33,234 bases of DNA from an uncultured Sphingomonadaceae bacterium (GTDB lineage Bacteria; Pseudomonadota; Alphaproteobacteria; Sphingomonadales; Sphingomonadaceae), in assembly GCA_964523215.1 (NCBI GenBank), contig CAZFYJ010000002.1, positions 1 to 33,234 on the forward strand, read 5' to 3'. Below, piece after piece: positions 1 through 9,675 of the stretch. The notes beneath the pieces were generated by a model. It saw only the letters and a list, made by a program, of their open reading frames with translations. It was not told the DNA's origin and ran no database searches. The position numbers were made by a program, and so were the translations under genes. Each line of letters starts with the position of its first letter. The first letter of the stretch is position 1.

Positions 1-452
1 TAATCGAGCGTCGCCGGCATCAGATCGGGCGTTTCGTCGGTCGCATAGCCAAACATGATGCCCTGATCGCCAGCCCCCTCATCCTTGTTGCCGGAGGCGT
101 CCACGCCCTGCGCGATGTGGGCGGACTGGCCGTGCAGATTGTTCAGAAAGGTCAGCGTTTCCCAGTGGAAGCCGGACTGCTCATAGCCGATTTCCTTGAC
201 GGTCCGGCGCACGGTCGCCTCGATTTCTTCCTTGGCGCCGGGGGCCCAGGCGCCGTTTTCGTAAACGCCCTTGCAGCGGATCTCGCCCGCCAGCACCACC
301 AGCTGGGTGGTCGTCAGCGTTTCGCACGCGATGCGTGCTTCGGGGTCTTTCGAGAGGAACAGATCAACAATGGCATCCGAAATCTGGTCGGACACCTTGT
401 CCGGATGGCCTTCGGAAACGGATTCGGATGTAAAAAGATAGGTCGAACGCAT
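1..452 (-). CDS. metK: S-adenosylmethionine synthetase, N-terminal ~150 aa (gene continues past the left edge)
   Basis: My own reverse translation from the ATG at 452-450 gives [30 protein letters not shown]...[21 protein letters not shown]. It carries the GHPDK and GAGDQG MetK signatures. It is absent from the ORF track because it is open at the window edge. Confidence 0.93.
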   Translation of the reverse strand, partial: MRSTYLFTSESVSEGHPDKVSDQISDAIVDLFLSKDPEARIACETLTTTQLVVLAGEIRCKGVYENGAWAPGAKEEIEATVRRTVKEIGYEQSGFHWETLTFLNNLHGQSAHIAQGVDASGNKDEGAGDQGIMFGYATDETPDLMPATLD

Positions 453-497
453 GGTTTTTCCAGTTCTAGAGGGCTGTATCTGCGTATAAAGAAATCT

Positions 498-2273
498 TTA
501 TGTGCGGGCGGCGACATAGCGGGAACGCCGCCCCAACGCAATGGCAAACAGCAGCATCAGGCCTGCCAGCATCAGCGGGATGGCGTTGCCATGGCGGCTG
601 AAGAACGTGGGATCCCGCGCAGCAGGCATGCGCGCATCGATCCGGCCTGGCGATCCCATTGGCAGCGCGCCGATGATCCGTCCGTCGGCTGCGATCACGG
701 CGCTGATGCCGGTTGGGGTGGAACGGACCACCGGCAGCGCTTCCTCGATCGCGCGCAGCCGCGCCTGCGCCAGATGCTGCGGCGGGCCCCAGCTGCCAAA
801 CCAGGCGTCGTTTGACGGATTGAAGATGAAATCGGGGCGGTCTGCACGGTCCACCACCTTGCCTGAAAAGATGATCTCATAGCAGATCTGAACGCCCATG
901 CGCGGCCATGCGACTGGCGGGCTGGCCGCTTCGCCCGGCATCGGCGGGATCGCAAGCGAAAGGGTGCGCGCACCCGGCCCTGGCCGGAATTCGAGATCGC
1001 CAGGGGCCAGCCGGTCCAGCCCGAGCGGCGCCAGCACGCTGCGCAGCGGCAGATATTCGCCGCCCGGGACAAGATGCGCCTTGTCATAGCGCGGGCTGCC
1101 GCCGGACTGGTGCGCCAGCTGCCCTGCGCCATCGATGATCATCACGCTGTTCGCCGCTGCGACGGGCTGGCGGCCGCCATCGAAATGCAGCGCCAGCGCG
1201 CCCAGCACCAGCCGATCATCAGGGCCGAGCAGGCTCGCGAGCCGCGCCCGCGCCGCGGCCGGGCCGAGGCCATAATAGCCCGGGGGATAGCCGCTTTCGA
1301 GATAATCAGGGATCGCCGCTTCTGGCCAGAAGATGATGCGCGGCTCGCGATTTTGCACAGCTTGCGGCGCACGATCCGGCCGCCTGACCCCCGCATCCAG
1401 CGTGGGATTGGCCAGCTTGGCAAAATTTGCGTCCGCCGCGCTGCCGGACCATTTGTCCTGCTGGCCGACATTGGGCTGGACCACCGAAATCGCGATGCCG
1501 GGTGCGGGCTCGATGCGCGGCGCGCCTCGCAATTCTGCCTGTTCCAGCAGCATGACTGCCGTCACCCCTGCGATTGCCGCACCCCATAACAGATGCGTGC
1601 GCAGCTGCGCACCGGGTGCCGCCGGATGGGCCGGGGTGGCGCGGCCCAGCGCACCGATCAGGGCGGCGAAAAACGCCAGCATGCCGGAAAGGCCATAGGT
1701 GCCGATCCAGGGCAAGATGCTGGCGGCAAGCCCCGCCATATGGCCGTGCTTGTCCATCAGAATCGCGCTCAGCGGATTCCACGCAAAGCCCGTCATCACC
1801 CAGCTGCGCAGCCATTCGGCCACGATCCAGGCCCCGCCAAAGGCGAGTGCGAGGATCAAGCCTTGCCCCTTTTGCGGGCCCGCCGGTGCGTTGCGACCCA
1901 GTGACGCGCGACCGACGGTGATCTGCCAGGCGAACCAGCTTGCCAGCGCCGGATAGACCGCAAGATAGCAGGCAAGGCCCAGCACCGCGATCCAGCCGAG
2001 CCACGCCGGCATTGCCGCCTGAAAGGTGAAGGCGGTGGCAATCCAGTTCAACCCGAGTGCGAAATGTGCAATGCCAAACAGCCAGCCGAGCAGGAAGCTG
2101 CGCCTGCCGTTTTCTGCCTGCGCGATCAGCCACACCAGCAGCGCCAGCGCGATCAGCGTTGCCGGCCACAGGCCCAAAGGCGCAAATCCGGTGGCCGAGG
2201 CCAGCCCGGCAAGCACGGCAAGGCTGCGAGGATAGGCGCGCAATCGATCGAGCATCGCGGCTGCATCTAGCAT
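498..2273 (-). CDS. lnt: Apolipoprotein N-acyltransferase
   Basis: Track ORF 498..2417. It has a multi-TM N-terminal half and a CN-hydrolase C-terminal half with the VQICYEIIF Cys motif. The start was moved to the internal ATG at 2273 (MLDAAAMLDRL...) because the first 48 codons are Pro/Arg-rich and overlap the upstream gene. Confidence 0.85.
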   Translation of the reverse strand: MLDAAAMLDRLRAYPRSLAVLAGLASATGFAPLGLWPATLIALALLVWLIAQAENGRRSFLLGWLFGIAHFALGLNWIATAFTFQAAMPAWLGWIAVLGLACYLAVYPALASWFAWQITVGRASLGRNAPAGPQKGQGLILALAFGGAWIVAEWLRSWVMTGFAWNPLSAILMDKHGHMAGLAASILPWIGTYGLSGMLAFFAALIGALGRATPAHPAAPGAQLRTHLLWGAAIAGVTAVMLLEQAELRGAPRIEPAPGIAISVVQPNVGQQDKWSGSAADANFAKLANPTLDAGVRRPDRAPQAVQNREPRIIFWPEAAIPDYLESGYPPGYYGLGPAAARARLASLLGPDDRLVLGALALHFDGGRQPVAAANSVMIIDGAGQLAHQSGGSPRYDKAHLVPGGEYLPLRSVLAPLGLDRLAPGDLEFRPGPGARTLSLAIPPMPGEAASPPVAWPRMGVQICYEIIFSGKVVDRADRPDFIFNPSNDAWFGSWGPPQHLAQARLRAIEEALPVVRSTPTGISAVIAADGRIIGALPMGSPGRIDARMPAARDPTFFSRHGNAIPLMLAGLMLLFAIALGRRSRYVAART

Positions 2274-2296
2274 GCCGCAGCCCGGCGGCAAGCGCC

Positions 2297-3190
2297 CTAT
2301 TTCACGGCTCCCCTTGCGATCAGCCGCGGCACCAGCACGATCGCTGCGATCAGGGGGAAGCGGCGCTGCCACGGCTTGATGCGGATCTGGGTGCCCGCGT
2401 GGCGATTGATCTTCCACGCCAGATAATCAATGCCGCCGGAAAAGGTGAAGCTTGCCTTGGCAAGGCGGATCACGCTCAGCCATTTGCCGCGACGGCGCAG
2501 CCGCTGCCACCGTCTTGCGGCCCCGGCGGGCGTCAGCGCCTGCCTTGGTGAACCAATCACCGCACCAAAGCGGGCATAGCGCGCCGGGTCTGCGTCAACA
2601 ATAGTGCCCGATCGGCTGCTGCGTTCCGCGCGCAACTCGGTGGCATAGGTGCGCGCAAATCCCGTCTGCCAGATCGCCATCGGCGCGGGATCCGGGCTGA
2701 CCGGGGCGGCAAGCGCAAACAGCGTGGGCGCGGCCTGCGCAACCGCGGCAATGGCGGCATCGCGCGCGGCATCATCATGCGTCCACACAAGGCGGCTGGG
2801 CTGGGCAAAGCGCGCCCACACGCTCGCATTATCGGCTTCCAGGCTGCACAGCCGGGCAAAATCTGCCATGCTGAGCACCGCATATTTGGCCGCCAGCGCG
2901 CCCTGCGCATAGGGAAAGACATTGGGCGGAATCAGCCGGTTGGCCGCCGCCAGCCAGCGGCTGCCGGGATAGGCGGCCCGATAATCGCCGACGATCAGAT
3001 AGAAATCGAGCATCAGGCCATCGAGCTGCGCCTCGCGCAGGCAGGATCCGTAAAACAGCACGGCCATGGCCGATGGATGGTGGTCCGCAATCGCCGCTGC
3101 CATTGCCGCGACCCGCGGATCGACCGGCTCGGCCAGTTCGGCGGCAACGAGCTCTGCAAGGTCGGTCTGCCCCGGCAAGGGCCGGCTCAT
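2297..3190 (-). CDS. Tam41/Mmp37-like nucleotidyltransferase-fold protein (putative lipid cytidylyltransferase)
   Basis: Track ORF 2297..3244. The start was set at ATG 3190 (MSRPLPGQ), which forms an ATGA overlap with the stop of the upstream kinase gene. The pattern FYGSCLRE..LMLDFYLIV..PPNVFPY..AKYAVLSMADF..VWARFAQP resembles the Tam41 family as I remember it (YGSG..DhhhhV..YFNP..KYGVhS..L..GRLQKP). Confidence 0.55.
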   Translation of the reverse strand: MSRPLPGQTDLAELVAAELAEPVDPRVAAMAAAIADHHPSAMAVLFYGSCLREAQLDGLMLDFYLIVGDYRAAYPGSRWLAAANRLIPPNVFPYAQGALAAKYAVLSMADFARLCSLEADNASVWARFAQPSRLVWTHDDAARDAAIAAVAQAAPTLFALAAPVSPDPAPMAIWQTGFARTYATELRAERSSRSGTIVDADPARYARFGAVIGSPRQALTPAGAARRWQRLRRRGKWLSVIRLAKASFTFSGGIDYLAWKINRHAGTQIRIKPWQRRFPLIAAIVLVPRLIARGAVK

Positions 3191-4167
3191 GCCGCCATTT
3201 TCAGGAAAGGCACTGGCGCTGTCGAGCGCAGCACGATGGGGCACCCGCGCGTCGCCCGAAATGTCTCGCCATCGAGTATTACATCAGTGGCGTCGCTTTC
3301 GATGCGGATCATGTCGCCCTGCTGCACATGTACGCCCGCCAGCGGCTGTGTGCCCAATCTGCCGAGCATGGCGGCCCACAAGGCCTTGAGCAGCGCGCTG
3401 CCCGAGGATTCGACCGCCAGCAGCTTCAGCCCGCCCGTGCCCCCGGCCTGCGCACGGCTGCTCAGCAACAGCCGCTCCAGCGTGGTGACAATCAGGAAGG
3501 AAAAGCGCTGGGTTGCATCGTCGCCGCGCACCAGCGAGACCTTGACCGGATTGGGCGCGGGCGGAAGAAAGCGGGCGCGAATGCCGGACAGCATCGAAAA
3601 GATCACCGCCATTCCGGCAATCACATGGCTAAGGCCGTTGGGCAGGCCGAGCGGATAGATTTTGTGGCGGCAATAGAGGATGGTGTCAGCCAGCCCGGCA
3701 CCGCCCAGGAACATGCCGAGCACTGGCTTCGCTTTGTCCGCTGCCGCGTCCGGATCGCCCGAGGACAGGGCAATCAGCTCGCGCTCAATGATATAGGGTT
3801 TGAGATCGCCACGGGCCCGCGCCACGATCTGCTCCAGCGCCTTCAGCGGATCGCCCTGCGCCCCCAGATCGAGTGCGATAAGATTGGTCTTGCCATTGGG
3901 CAGCACGGCAACGGGCGGCGGCGTTCCGCCATAAGCGCCGGAATAAAGCTCGGTGAGTGCGGCCTGCACCGTGCCATCGCCGCCGTTCACGATAATCAGC
4001 TCTGGCCGCACCATGGCGATGCTGGCAATTGCTGCATCAATCTGCCCCACATCATCCACCTCATAATGGAAAACATCGGGATTGGCGATGCAATAGGCGC
4101 GGATTTTGGGCAGGATGGCGCGGTTGCCCGTCGAACAGGGGTTCGAAAGCAGGGCCACCCGCGCCAT
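3187..4167 (-). CDS. Diacylglycerol-kinase-catalytic-domain lipid kinase (YegS/LCB5/ceramide-kinase-like)
   Basis: 326 aa. The N-terminal region MARVALLSNP...ELIIVNGGDGTVQ carries the GGDGT motif of the DAGK_cat family. Confidence 0.8.
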   Translation of the reverse strand: MARVALLSNPCSTGNRAILPKIRAYCIANPDVFHYEVDDVGQIDAAIASIAMVRPELIIVNGGDGTVQAALTELYSGAYGGTPPPVAVLPNGKTNLIALDLGAQGDPLKALEQIVARARGDLKPYIIERELIALSSGDPDAAADKAKPVLGMFLGGAGLADTILYCRHKIYPLGLPNGLSHVIAGMAVIFSMLSGIRARFLPPAPNPVKVSLVRGDDATQRFSFLIVTTLERLLLSSRAQAGGTGGLKLLAVESSGSALLKALWAAMLGRLGTQPLAGVHVQQGDMIRIESDATDVILDGETFRATRGCPIVLRSTAPVPFLKMAA

Positions 4168-4170
4168 GAC

Positions 4171-4704
4171 TTATCCCACCGGCCCGAACGACAGGCCATC
4201 GACATAGTTCATCACGATGGTGATCCTTGCCGTGGCGGCACCCACATTGAAAGCGACCTTGGCCATGCTGGGCTTTTTCTGGAGCAGCACGTCGGTCAGG
4301 CTGTATTTGGGATTGCCGGAAAGCCCGCCGCCATCGCTGCGGTCCGATTTGCGGTTGCCGTTCATGTCGTGCCGCACAAACACGGCATAGGTGCCCGGCT
4401 TGGCGACCGGCACGCACACGGCCATGGTGCCCGTCCTGCTGACCGGCACATCGACCCGGGCAAGCCATTTGTCACGTTCCATGAACGTCGCCCGGTTGTT
4501 GGCATAAAGCCGCACGCTGATCGTCCCTGCGCGCTTTTTCAGGCCAGTCACCGTCACCAGCACGGCCGTCTTGTTGTCGTTGCAGAGCGCCGCCTGCGGC
4601 CCAAGTGCCGCTGCGCCCGCCGCATGCGGGGTGGCTGCCAGCCCAATCGCCAGCGCTGCAACGCCAAGGCTGCCCGCCATCTTCTGCTTCATCGTCACCA
4701 TCAT
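4171..4704 (-). CDS. Secreted DUF2141-family protein
   Basis: It has a signal peptide (KQKMAGSLGVAALAIGLAATPHAAG). The body VTVTGLKKRAGTISVRLY...PGTYAVFVRHDMNGNRKSD...GLSGNP matches my recollection of the DUF2141 pattern (..V.L...FP....G.YA....HDENGNGKLD...G.P.EGYGFSNN). The stop lies 3 nt from the kinase start. Confidence 0.6.
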   Translation of the reverse strand: MMVTMKQKMAGSLGVAALAIGLAATPHAAGAAALGPQAALCNDNKTAVLVTVTGLKKRAGTISVRLYANNRATFMERDKWLARVDVPVSRTGTMAVCVPVAKPGTYAVFVRHDMNGNRKSDRSDGGGLSGNPKYSLTDVLLQKKPSMAKVAFNVGAATARITIVMNYVDGLSFGPVG

Positions 4705-4897
4705 GCTCCTGCATCATGCACCGGGCCGCCCAAAGGAGCCCCGGCGCATGAAGCTCACGCCTTATCACGATCGCATATGATGAAAATTTGCGGCCAAAAA
4801 ATGGTGAAGGCTGGACGATATCGGGAAATTCGCGCAAAAGAGGGGAGCTCATCGGCCATCATTGCGGCCCCCCAATCAGGTTGATCACGCTTTCATC

Positions 4898-6100
4898 ATG
4901 GCCTTTTTCACTGCAACCGATCGCTACATCGCCAGGCTGGTCGCGGTGCCGATGCTGGCGACGCTGGTGGTCGCGGCGATGCTGCTGATTCTCGACAAGA
5001 TGCTGCGCCTGTTTGATTTCGTGGCGTCGCAAGGCGGCCCGGTCAGCGTGGTGTGGCGCATGCTCGGCAATCTCATTCCCGAATATCTGTCGCTCGGCAT
5101 CCCGATCGGCCTGACGCTCGGCATTTTGCTGGCGTTCCGCAAGATCGCCCAATCTTCGGAGCTGGATGTGATGCGCGCCGTGGGCCTTGGCTATTGGCGG
5201 CTGCTGCGGGTGCCGATGCTCTATGCCGTCGTGCTTGCAGGCGTCAACATGGCGATTGTCGGCTTCATCCAGCCTTATGCACGCTATGCCTATGAAGGGC
5301 TGCGGTTCGAGCTGCAATCAGGGGCGCTGGGCGCATCGATCAAGATCGGCGAGTTCACCAATCTCGGCAACCGGCTGACAGTGCGCATCGACCAGAGCTT
5401 TGACGACGGGCGGCGGCTGGAAGGGATGTTCGTGCGCGCCGAAGGGCGCAAGGGGCAAAATATCTCGGCCACGGCCGCGGGCGGGCAGTTTCTGTCCACG
5501 GATGATCCCAACACCATCATCCTGCGGCTCACCGATGGCGTGCTGATCCATGACGCACCCGGGTTCGCCACCCCCCGTGTGCTGACCTTTTCGAGCCACG
5601 ATCTGCCCATTCCCTTGCCCAAAGCCGAGGCATTTCGAGGGCGTGGCGATGCCGATCGGGAGCTGACCATTCCCGAATTGTGGCAGACCGCGGACGCGGC
5701 GAAAACGCCGCAGAAGGTCAGGCTTGAAGCCCGCGCCAATCTGCATTTCCGGCTGGTGGAAGTGGCAGCGATGCTGCTGCTGCCGTTCCTTGCGGTCGCC
5801 CTGGCTGTGCCGCCCAAGCGCTCCTCCTCGGCGCTGGGCGTGTTTCTGTCCATTGTGATGCTCGTCACCCAGCACAAAGTGAACGAATATATCGAAAGCC
5901 AGGCTGCGCTGGGGCGGATCGATCCGGTGCTTGGGCTGTGGGGCGGCTTTGCGGTGTTCGCGCTGCTGATCGGCTGGATGTATCATCATCTCGCGCATGT
6001 GCCGGGCGGCCAGCCGATCGGCGCGCTTGAACGGGTGTTTGCGAAATTGGGCGGCACGATCCGGCGCTGGCTGGATCGTCGCACGCGGGTGGAGGTCTAG
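4898..6100 (+). CDS. lptF: LPS/glycolipid export ABC permease, YjgP/YjgQ family (LptF-like)
   Basis: Track ORF 4862..6100, with the start set at ATG 4898 (MAFFTATDRYIARL...). It has the typical LptF/G N-terminus, six predicted TM segments and a large periplasmic loop. Confidence 0.75.
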   Translation: MAFFTATDRYIARLVAVPMLATLVVAAMLLILDKMLRLFDFVASQGGPVSVVWRMLGNLIPEYLSLGIPIGLTLGILLAFRKIAQSSELDVMRAVGLGYWRLLRVPMLYAVVLAGVNMAIVGFIQPYARYAYEGLRFELQSGALGASIKIGEFTNLGNRLTVRIDQSFDDGRRLEGMFVRAEGRKGQNISATAAGGQFLSTDDPNTIILRLTDGVLIHDAPGFATPRVLTFSSHDLPIPLPKAEAFRGRGDADRELTIPELWQTADAAKTPQKVRLEARANLHFRLVEVAAMLLLPFLAVALAVPPKRSSSALGVFLSIVMLVTQHKVNEYIESQAALGRIDPVLGLWGGFAVFALLIGWMYHHLAHVPGGQPIGALERVFAKLGGTIRRWLDRRTRVEV

Positions 6101-6103
6101 CCC

Positions 6104-7204
6104 ATGGCTGTGCTCGGGATGGTGCCGTCGCGGACGATGTTCTTTTATGTCGGCAAGATGTTTCTGGTGCGCACGGTGGCCGTGCTCGCCATGCTGGTGA
6201 TCGTGCTGATGGCGCTCGATCTGCTGGGCGAAACGGGCAAGATCCTGCGGGTGCCCGGCAACGGCCAGGAAGAGATATTGCGCTATGTCAGCCTGCGTGT
6301 GCCCCAGCTTATTGCCCGCTTTCTGCCCTTTTCAGTGCTGCTCGGCACGCTGATCACGCTTGTCACCCTCAATCAGAACAGCGAGGTTGTGATGATGAAG
6401 GCGGCCGGCCTTTCGGCACATCAGGTGCTGGCGCCCTTGTTTCTCGTTGCCTTTTTCGTGGCGGCAATCAGCTTTGTGTTCAACGAGCGGGTGGTGTCGC
6501 GCGCAACGGCCGCACTCGATCGCTGGCAGGATGTCGATTATGAGGCGGTGCCGCAGGATAGCGGCGTGAAAACCAATATCTGGGTGCGCGATGGCCGCAA
6601 TCTGCTGCGCGCTGCGGTGGTGCAGCGGCTGCCCAACAAAGGCCTGATGCTGCAGGACGTGACGCTCTATGATCGTGCCTCGGGTGCCCTCGATGCCGTG
6701 ATCCAGGGGCCCCGCGCCCGCCGCGATGGGACGGCGTGGCTGCTGGATGATGCAACCCGCTTTGATGTGTCAACGGGCAAGAGCGAGAAGATCGGCCCGC
6801 TGCGCATCGGCGAAGGCATCACCAATGATCAGTTTCTGCTGGCCAAGGTCGATGCCGATGGCATGGGATTTTTCGAGCTGCGCGATGCGATTGCGGCGCT
6901 CAAGGCGGCGGGGCGGCCAACCCGCCAGCTGGAAGGCGATCTGTGGCACAAGCTTTCCAGCCCGCTGTCCGCGTTGCTGATGCCGCTGCTGGGGGCCGTC
7001 GCCGGCTTTGGCCTTGCCCGATCCGGAAAGTTGTTCGTGCGGATCGTCATCGGCATGGCGCTTGGCTTTCTCTATTTTGTCGCCGACAATTTTGCGCTCG
7101 CCATGGGCAATCTCGGTGCCTATCCGCCTTGGCTTGCGGCGTGGGGCCCCTTTTTCCTGTTTTTCCTGATCGGGGAAACCGTGCTCGTCCGCACCGAGGA
7201 ATAG
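6104..7204 (+). CDS. lptG: LPS/glycolipid export ABC permease, YjgP/YjgQ family (LptG-like)
   Basis: 366 aa, a paralogue of the preceding gene, starting 3 nt after its stop. It contains FLVRTVAVLAMLVIVLMALDLLGE and NSEVVMMKAAGLS. Confidence 0.75.
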   Translation: MAVLGMVPSRTMFFYVGKMFLVRTVAVLAMLVIVLMALDLLGETGKILRVPGNGQEEILRYVSLRVPQLIARFLPFSVLLGTLITLVTLNQNSEVVMMKAAGLSAHQVLAPLFLVAFFVAAISFVFNERVVSRATAALDRWQDVDYEAVPQDSGVKTNIWVRDGRNLLRAAVVQRLPNKGLMLQDVTLYDRASGALDAVIQGPRARRDGTAWLLDDATRFDVSTGKSEKIGPLRIGEGITNDQFLLAKVDADGMGFFELRDAIAALKAAGRPTRQLEGDLWHKLSSPLSALLMPLLGAVAGFGLARSGKLFVRIVIGMALGFLYFVADNFALAMGNLGAYPPWLAAWGPFFLFFLIGETVLVRTEE

Positions 7205-7217
7205 GGCCGTCCTGCGC

Positions 7218-8759
7218 GTGGCATCGCCGGATCATTCGCCGCCGCTGATCGCGCCGAGGGATGTCGCCCGGGGCGCTGGCCTTGCTGCACTGTCACGGCT
7301 TGGCACCCTGATCGAGATCGTCGCGCAGCCGGTCTTCACCTGGCTGTACGGCTGGGCCACCTATGGGCTCTACACGGTGATGTGGGCGCTGGTGAACATT
7401 GCGGAAAACATCGTCGATCTGTCGATGACGCAGGGCCTCCAGCGCGAGGTGCCAGCGGCGAGCGACGAGGCGACGGCGGCGGCGCTGGTGCGCTTTGCCC
7501 TGTTGGTGACAGTGCTGCCCGCCGCGCTCATTGCCGCCGCGGTCAGCATCAGCGCGTCCCTGGTTGCGCCGTTCTTTTCTGCGGCACCGGCTGATCTTGC
7601 CACCTTGCCTGCCACCATTGCGCTGTTTGCCTGGGCGCTGCCCTTGTGGACCTTCATCGAAGTGGCAACCTCTGCGGTGCGGGCGCGGCGCGCCTTCGGT
7701 CCCGAAATCCGCCTGCGCGTCTTCTGGGAACAGCTGCTGCGGCTGTTGTGCGCGATTGCGCTCTGGGCCGCGGGCGCAGGGCCAATGGGCCTTGCGATGG
7801 CGCATCTCCTCTCGCTCGCCGCAACCGCGCTGCTCAGCGCCCGGCTGCTCGTGCGCCACTATGACCGGCACGGGCTGCTCCACGGCCGCTTGTCAGCGGG
7901 CGCGCGCCGCAATCTGCTCAAGAGCGGCCTCGGCACCATGCCCCCCGCGCTTGCCCGCCGCCTGTTCAACGATTTTCCTCCGGTGTTGCTGAACCTGCTG
8001 TTGCCGGGTGCGGCGGGCGCAACCGCGGCCGGCTATTTCGGCGTTGCCCGCAAGATTGCATCCGTGCCGCTGATCGTGCGTCAATCCTTCCTCTATGTGC
8101 TGGCACCGTTGGCGACTGCGCAGGCCAGCGACAACCGGGCCGCAGTGGCGCCGCTTTACGGCTTTTCGGTGCGGCTTTCGCTGGTGCTGGCGGTGCCGAT
8201 CACGGCACTGATGATGCTGATTGCGCCCGATATCCTCGCGCTCTTCGCTCCGGGCGCAGAGGCGGCGCTGACCCTGCTGGTGCTGCTGTTGCTCGCCCGC
8301 GCTGGGGAAGCTGTGGTCGGCCCTGCGACCCCGCTCGTCGAAATGCTGGGCCACCGGGCGATGCCGCTGATCAACACGGCACTGGGCCTTGCGCTTGCGG
8401 CCGGGCTTGCCGTGTGGCTGGTGCCTCAAGCGGGGCCGTGGGGCGGCGCGACTGGCATGGGCATTGCCGTGGGCGCGGGCGTGGTCGCGATGGCCTGGGT
8501 GGCAACTGTCCAGCTGCGCGTTGCCGAGGGGCTGCACCTGATTGATCGGGCCTTTCTCCGCGCGGGCGGGGCAAGCCTTGCGGCGCTGCCGCTGCTTTTT
8601 GCCCTGTCGCTGCTGCTGCAGCCATTGGGCCGGATGGTGCACGCGATCGGCATGGTGCTGCTGTTCTGGCCGGTTCTGTGGGCGGTGCTGCGGCTGGGTC
8701 TCGCCGGGGCGGATCGCGCCGCGCTGGGCGGCCTTGCCACGAAATTGCGGCTGATCTGA
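7218..8759 (+). CDS. MOP-superfamily oligo/polysaccharide flippase (Wzx/polysaccharide biosynthesis protein family)
   Basis: 513 aa with a GTG start. The protein is highly hydrophobic with about 12-14 TM segments and has the general look of a Wzx-type flippase. No MurJ-specific N-terminus was recognised. Confidence 0.6.
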   Translation: MASPDHSPPLIAPRDVARGAGLAALSRLGTLIEIVAQPVFTWLYGWATYGLYTVMWALVNIAENIVDLSMTQGLQREVPAASDEATAAALVRFALLVTVLPAALIAAAVSISASLVAPFFSAAPADLATLPATIALFAWALPLWTFIEVATSAVRARRAFGPEIRLRVFWEQLLRLLCAIALWAAGAGPMGLAMAHLLSLAATALLSARLLVRHYDRHGLLHGRLSAGARRNLLKSGLGTMPPALARRLFNDFPPVLLNLLLPGAAGATAAGYFGVARKIASVPLIVRQSFLYVLAPLATAQASDNRAAVAPLYGFSVRLSLVLAVPITALMMLIAPDILALFAPGAEAALTLLVLLLLARAGEAVVGPATPLVEMLGHRAMPLINTALGLALAAGLAVWLVPQAGPWGGATGMGIAVGAGVVAMAWVATVQLRVAEGLHLIDRAFLRAGGASLAALPLLFALSLLLQPLGRMVHAIGMVLLFWPVLWAVLRLGLAGADRAALGGLATKLRLI

Positions 8760-8820
8760 TTGCCGTGCGGTGGCTTGCGGTTGCGGGCGCACGGGCTTTG
8801 CGCTAGATCGGATTGCTGTT

Positions 8821-8872
8821 CCCCGGCGGCTGGCTGCATGAGGCCCGCTTGTGCCGGGGATGTCTTTTTTTT
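8821..8872 (+). terminator. Possible intrinsic terminator after the flippase gene
   Basis: CCCCGGC (8821-8827) pairs with GCCGGGG (8853-8859) and is followed by ATGTC plus T8 (8865-8872). The loop is long (25 nt) and there is a 5-nt spacer before the T-run, so it is only moderately convincing. Confidence 0.4.
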
Positions 8873-8892
8873 GATCAGATGGGAATGCAGCC

Positions 8893-9672
8893 ATGGCCCG
8901 CCGCCGCCAGATTTACGAAGGCAAAGCGAAAATCCTCTATGAAGGGCCTGAGCCGGGCACGCTGATCCAGTATTTCAAGGATGATGCAACAGCATTCAAT
9001 GCGCAAAAGCGCGGCACGATCAGCGGCAAGGGCGTGCTCAACAACCGCATTTCAGAGCATGTCTTCACCCTGTTGTCGCACATCGGCGTGCCCACGCACT
9101 TCATCAAGCGGCTCAACATGCGCGAACAGCTGGTGCGCCAGGTGGAGATTATCCCGATCGAGGTGGTCGTGCGCAACGTAGCGGCCGGTTCGCTCTCGAC
9201 CCGGCTGGGTATTGAGGAAGGCACCCAGCTGCCGCGCACCATCATCGAATATTATTACAAGGATGATGCGCTCGGCGATCCGATGATCGCGGAAGAGCAT
9301 ATTGCCTGCTTTGGCTGGGCCGGGCCGGAAGAGATGCACGACATTGCCGATATGGCAATCCGCGTGAACGATTTTCTGTGCGGCATGTTTGCCGCAGTCG
9401 GCATCCGGCTGGTTGATTTCAAGCTCGAATTCGGCCGCATCTGGGATGGCGATTATGCCCGCATCATCCTTGCCGATGAAATCAGCCCCGATGGCTGCCG
9501 CCTGTGGGACATGGCATCGGGCGAAAAGCTGGACAAGGACCGCTTCCGGCGCGATCTGGGCGGCGAGGTGGAAGCCTATCAGGAGGTTGCGCGCAGGCTT
9601 GGCCTGTTGCAGGAAGAGGCCAATGGATCCGTGGCGGATCTGGCGGACCACCGGAAGAAGAAAGGGTTGTAG
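8893..9672 (+). CDS. purC: Phosphoribosylaminoimidazole-succinocarboxamide (SAICAR) synthase
   Basis: 259 aa. [41 protein letters not shown] is a canonical PurC N-terminus. Confidence 0.95.
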   Translation: MARRRQIYEGKAKILYEGPEPGTLIQYFKDDATAFNAQKRGTISGKGVLNNRISEHVFTLLSHIGVPTHFIKRLNMREQLVRQVEIIPIEVVVRNVAAGSLSTRLGIEEGTQLPRTIIEYYYKDDALGDPMIAEEHIACFGWAGPEEMHDIADMAIRVNDFLCGMFAAVGIRLVDFKLEFGRIWDGDYARIILADEISPDGCRLWDMASGEKLDKDRFRRDLGGEVEAYQEVARRLGLLQEEANGSVADLADHRKKKGL

Positions 9673-9675
9673 ACG

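Noticed and set aside
453-497. SAM riboswitch upstream of metK
   Set aside because: Only 45 nt separate the lnt stop and the metK start, and no SAM-II or SAM-SAH-like pseudoknot elements were recognisable. metK is more likely co-transcribed with lnt or served by a short promoter.
2274-2417. 48-codon N-terminal extension of lnt
   Set aside because: It is Pro/Arg/Asp-rich and overlaps the 3' end of the upstream gene. An internal ATG immediately precedes the first Lnt TM segment.
8760-8892. Possible ZTP/purine-type riboswitch upstream of purC
   Set aside because: I looked for the conserved pfl/ZTP elements (GGGUCG, ACUGGCG, CCGCCUGGGCA). Only a loose resemblance (CGGCGGCUGGCUGCA) is present. 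A terminator-like hairpin with a T8 run explains the structure better. A covariance-model scan would settle it.
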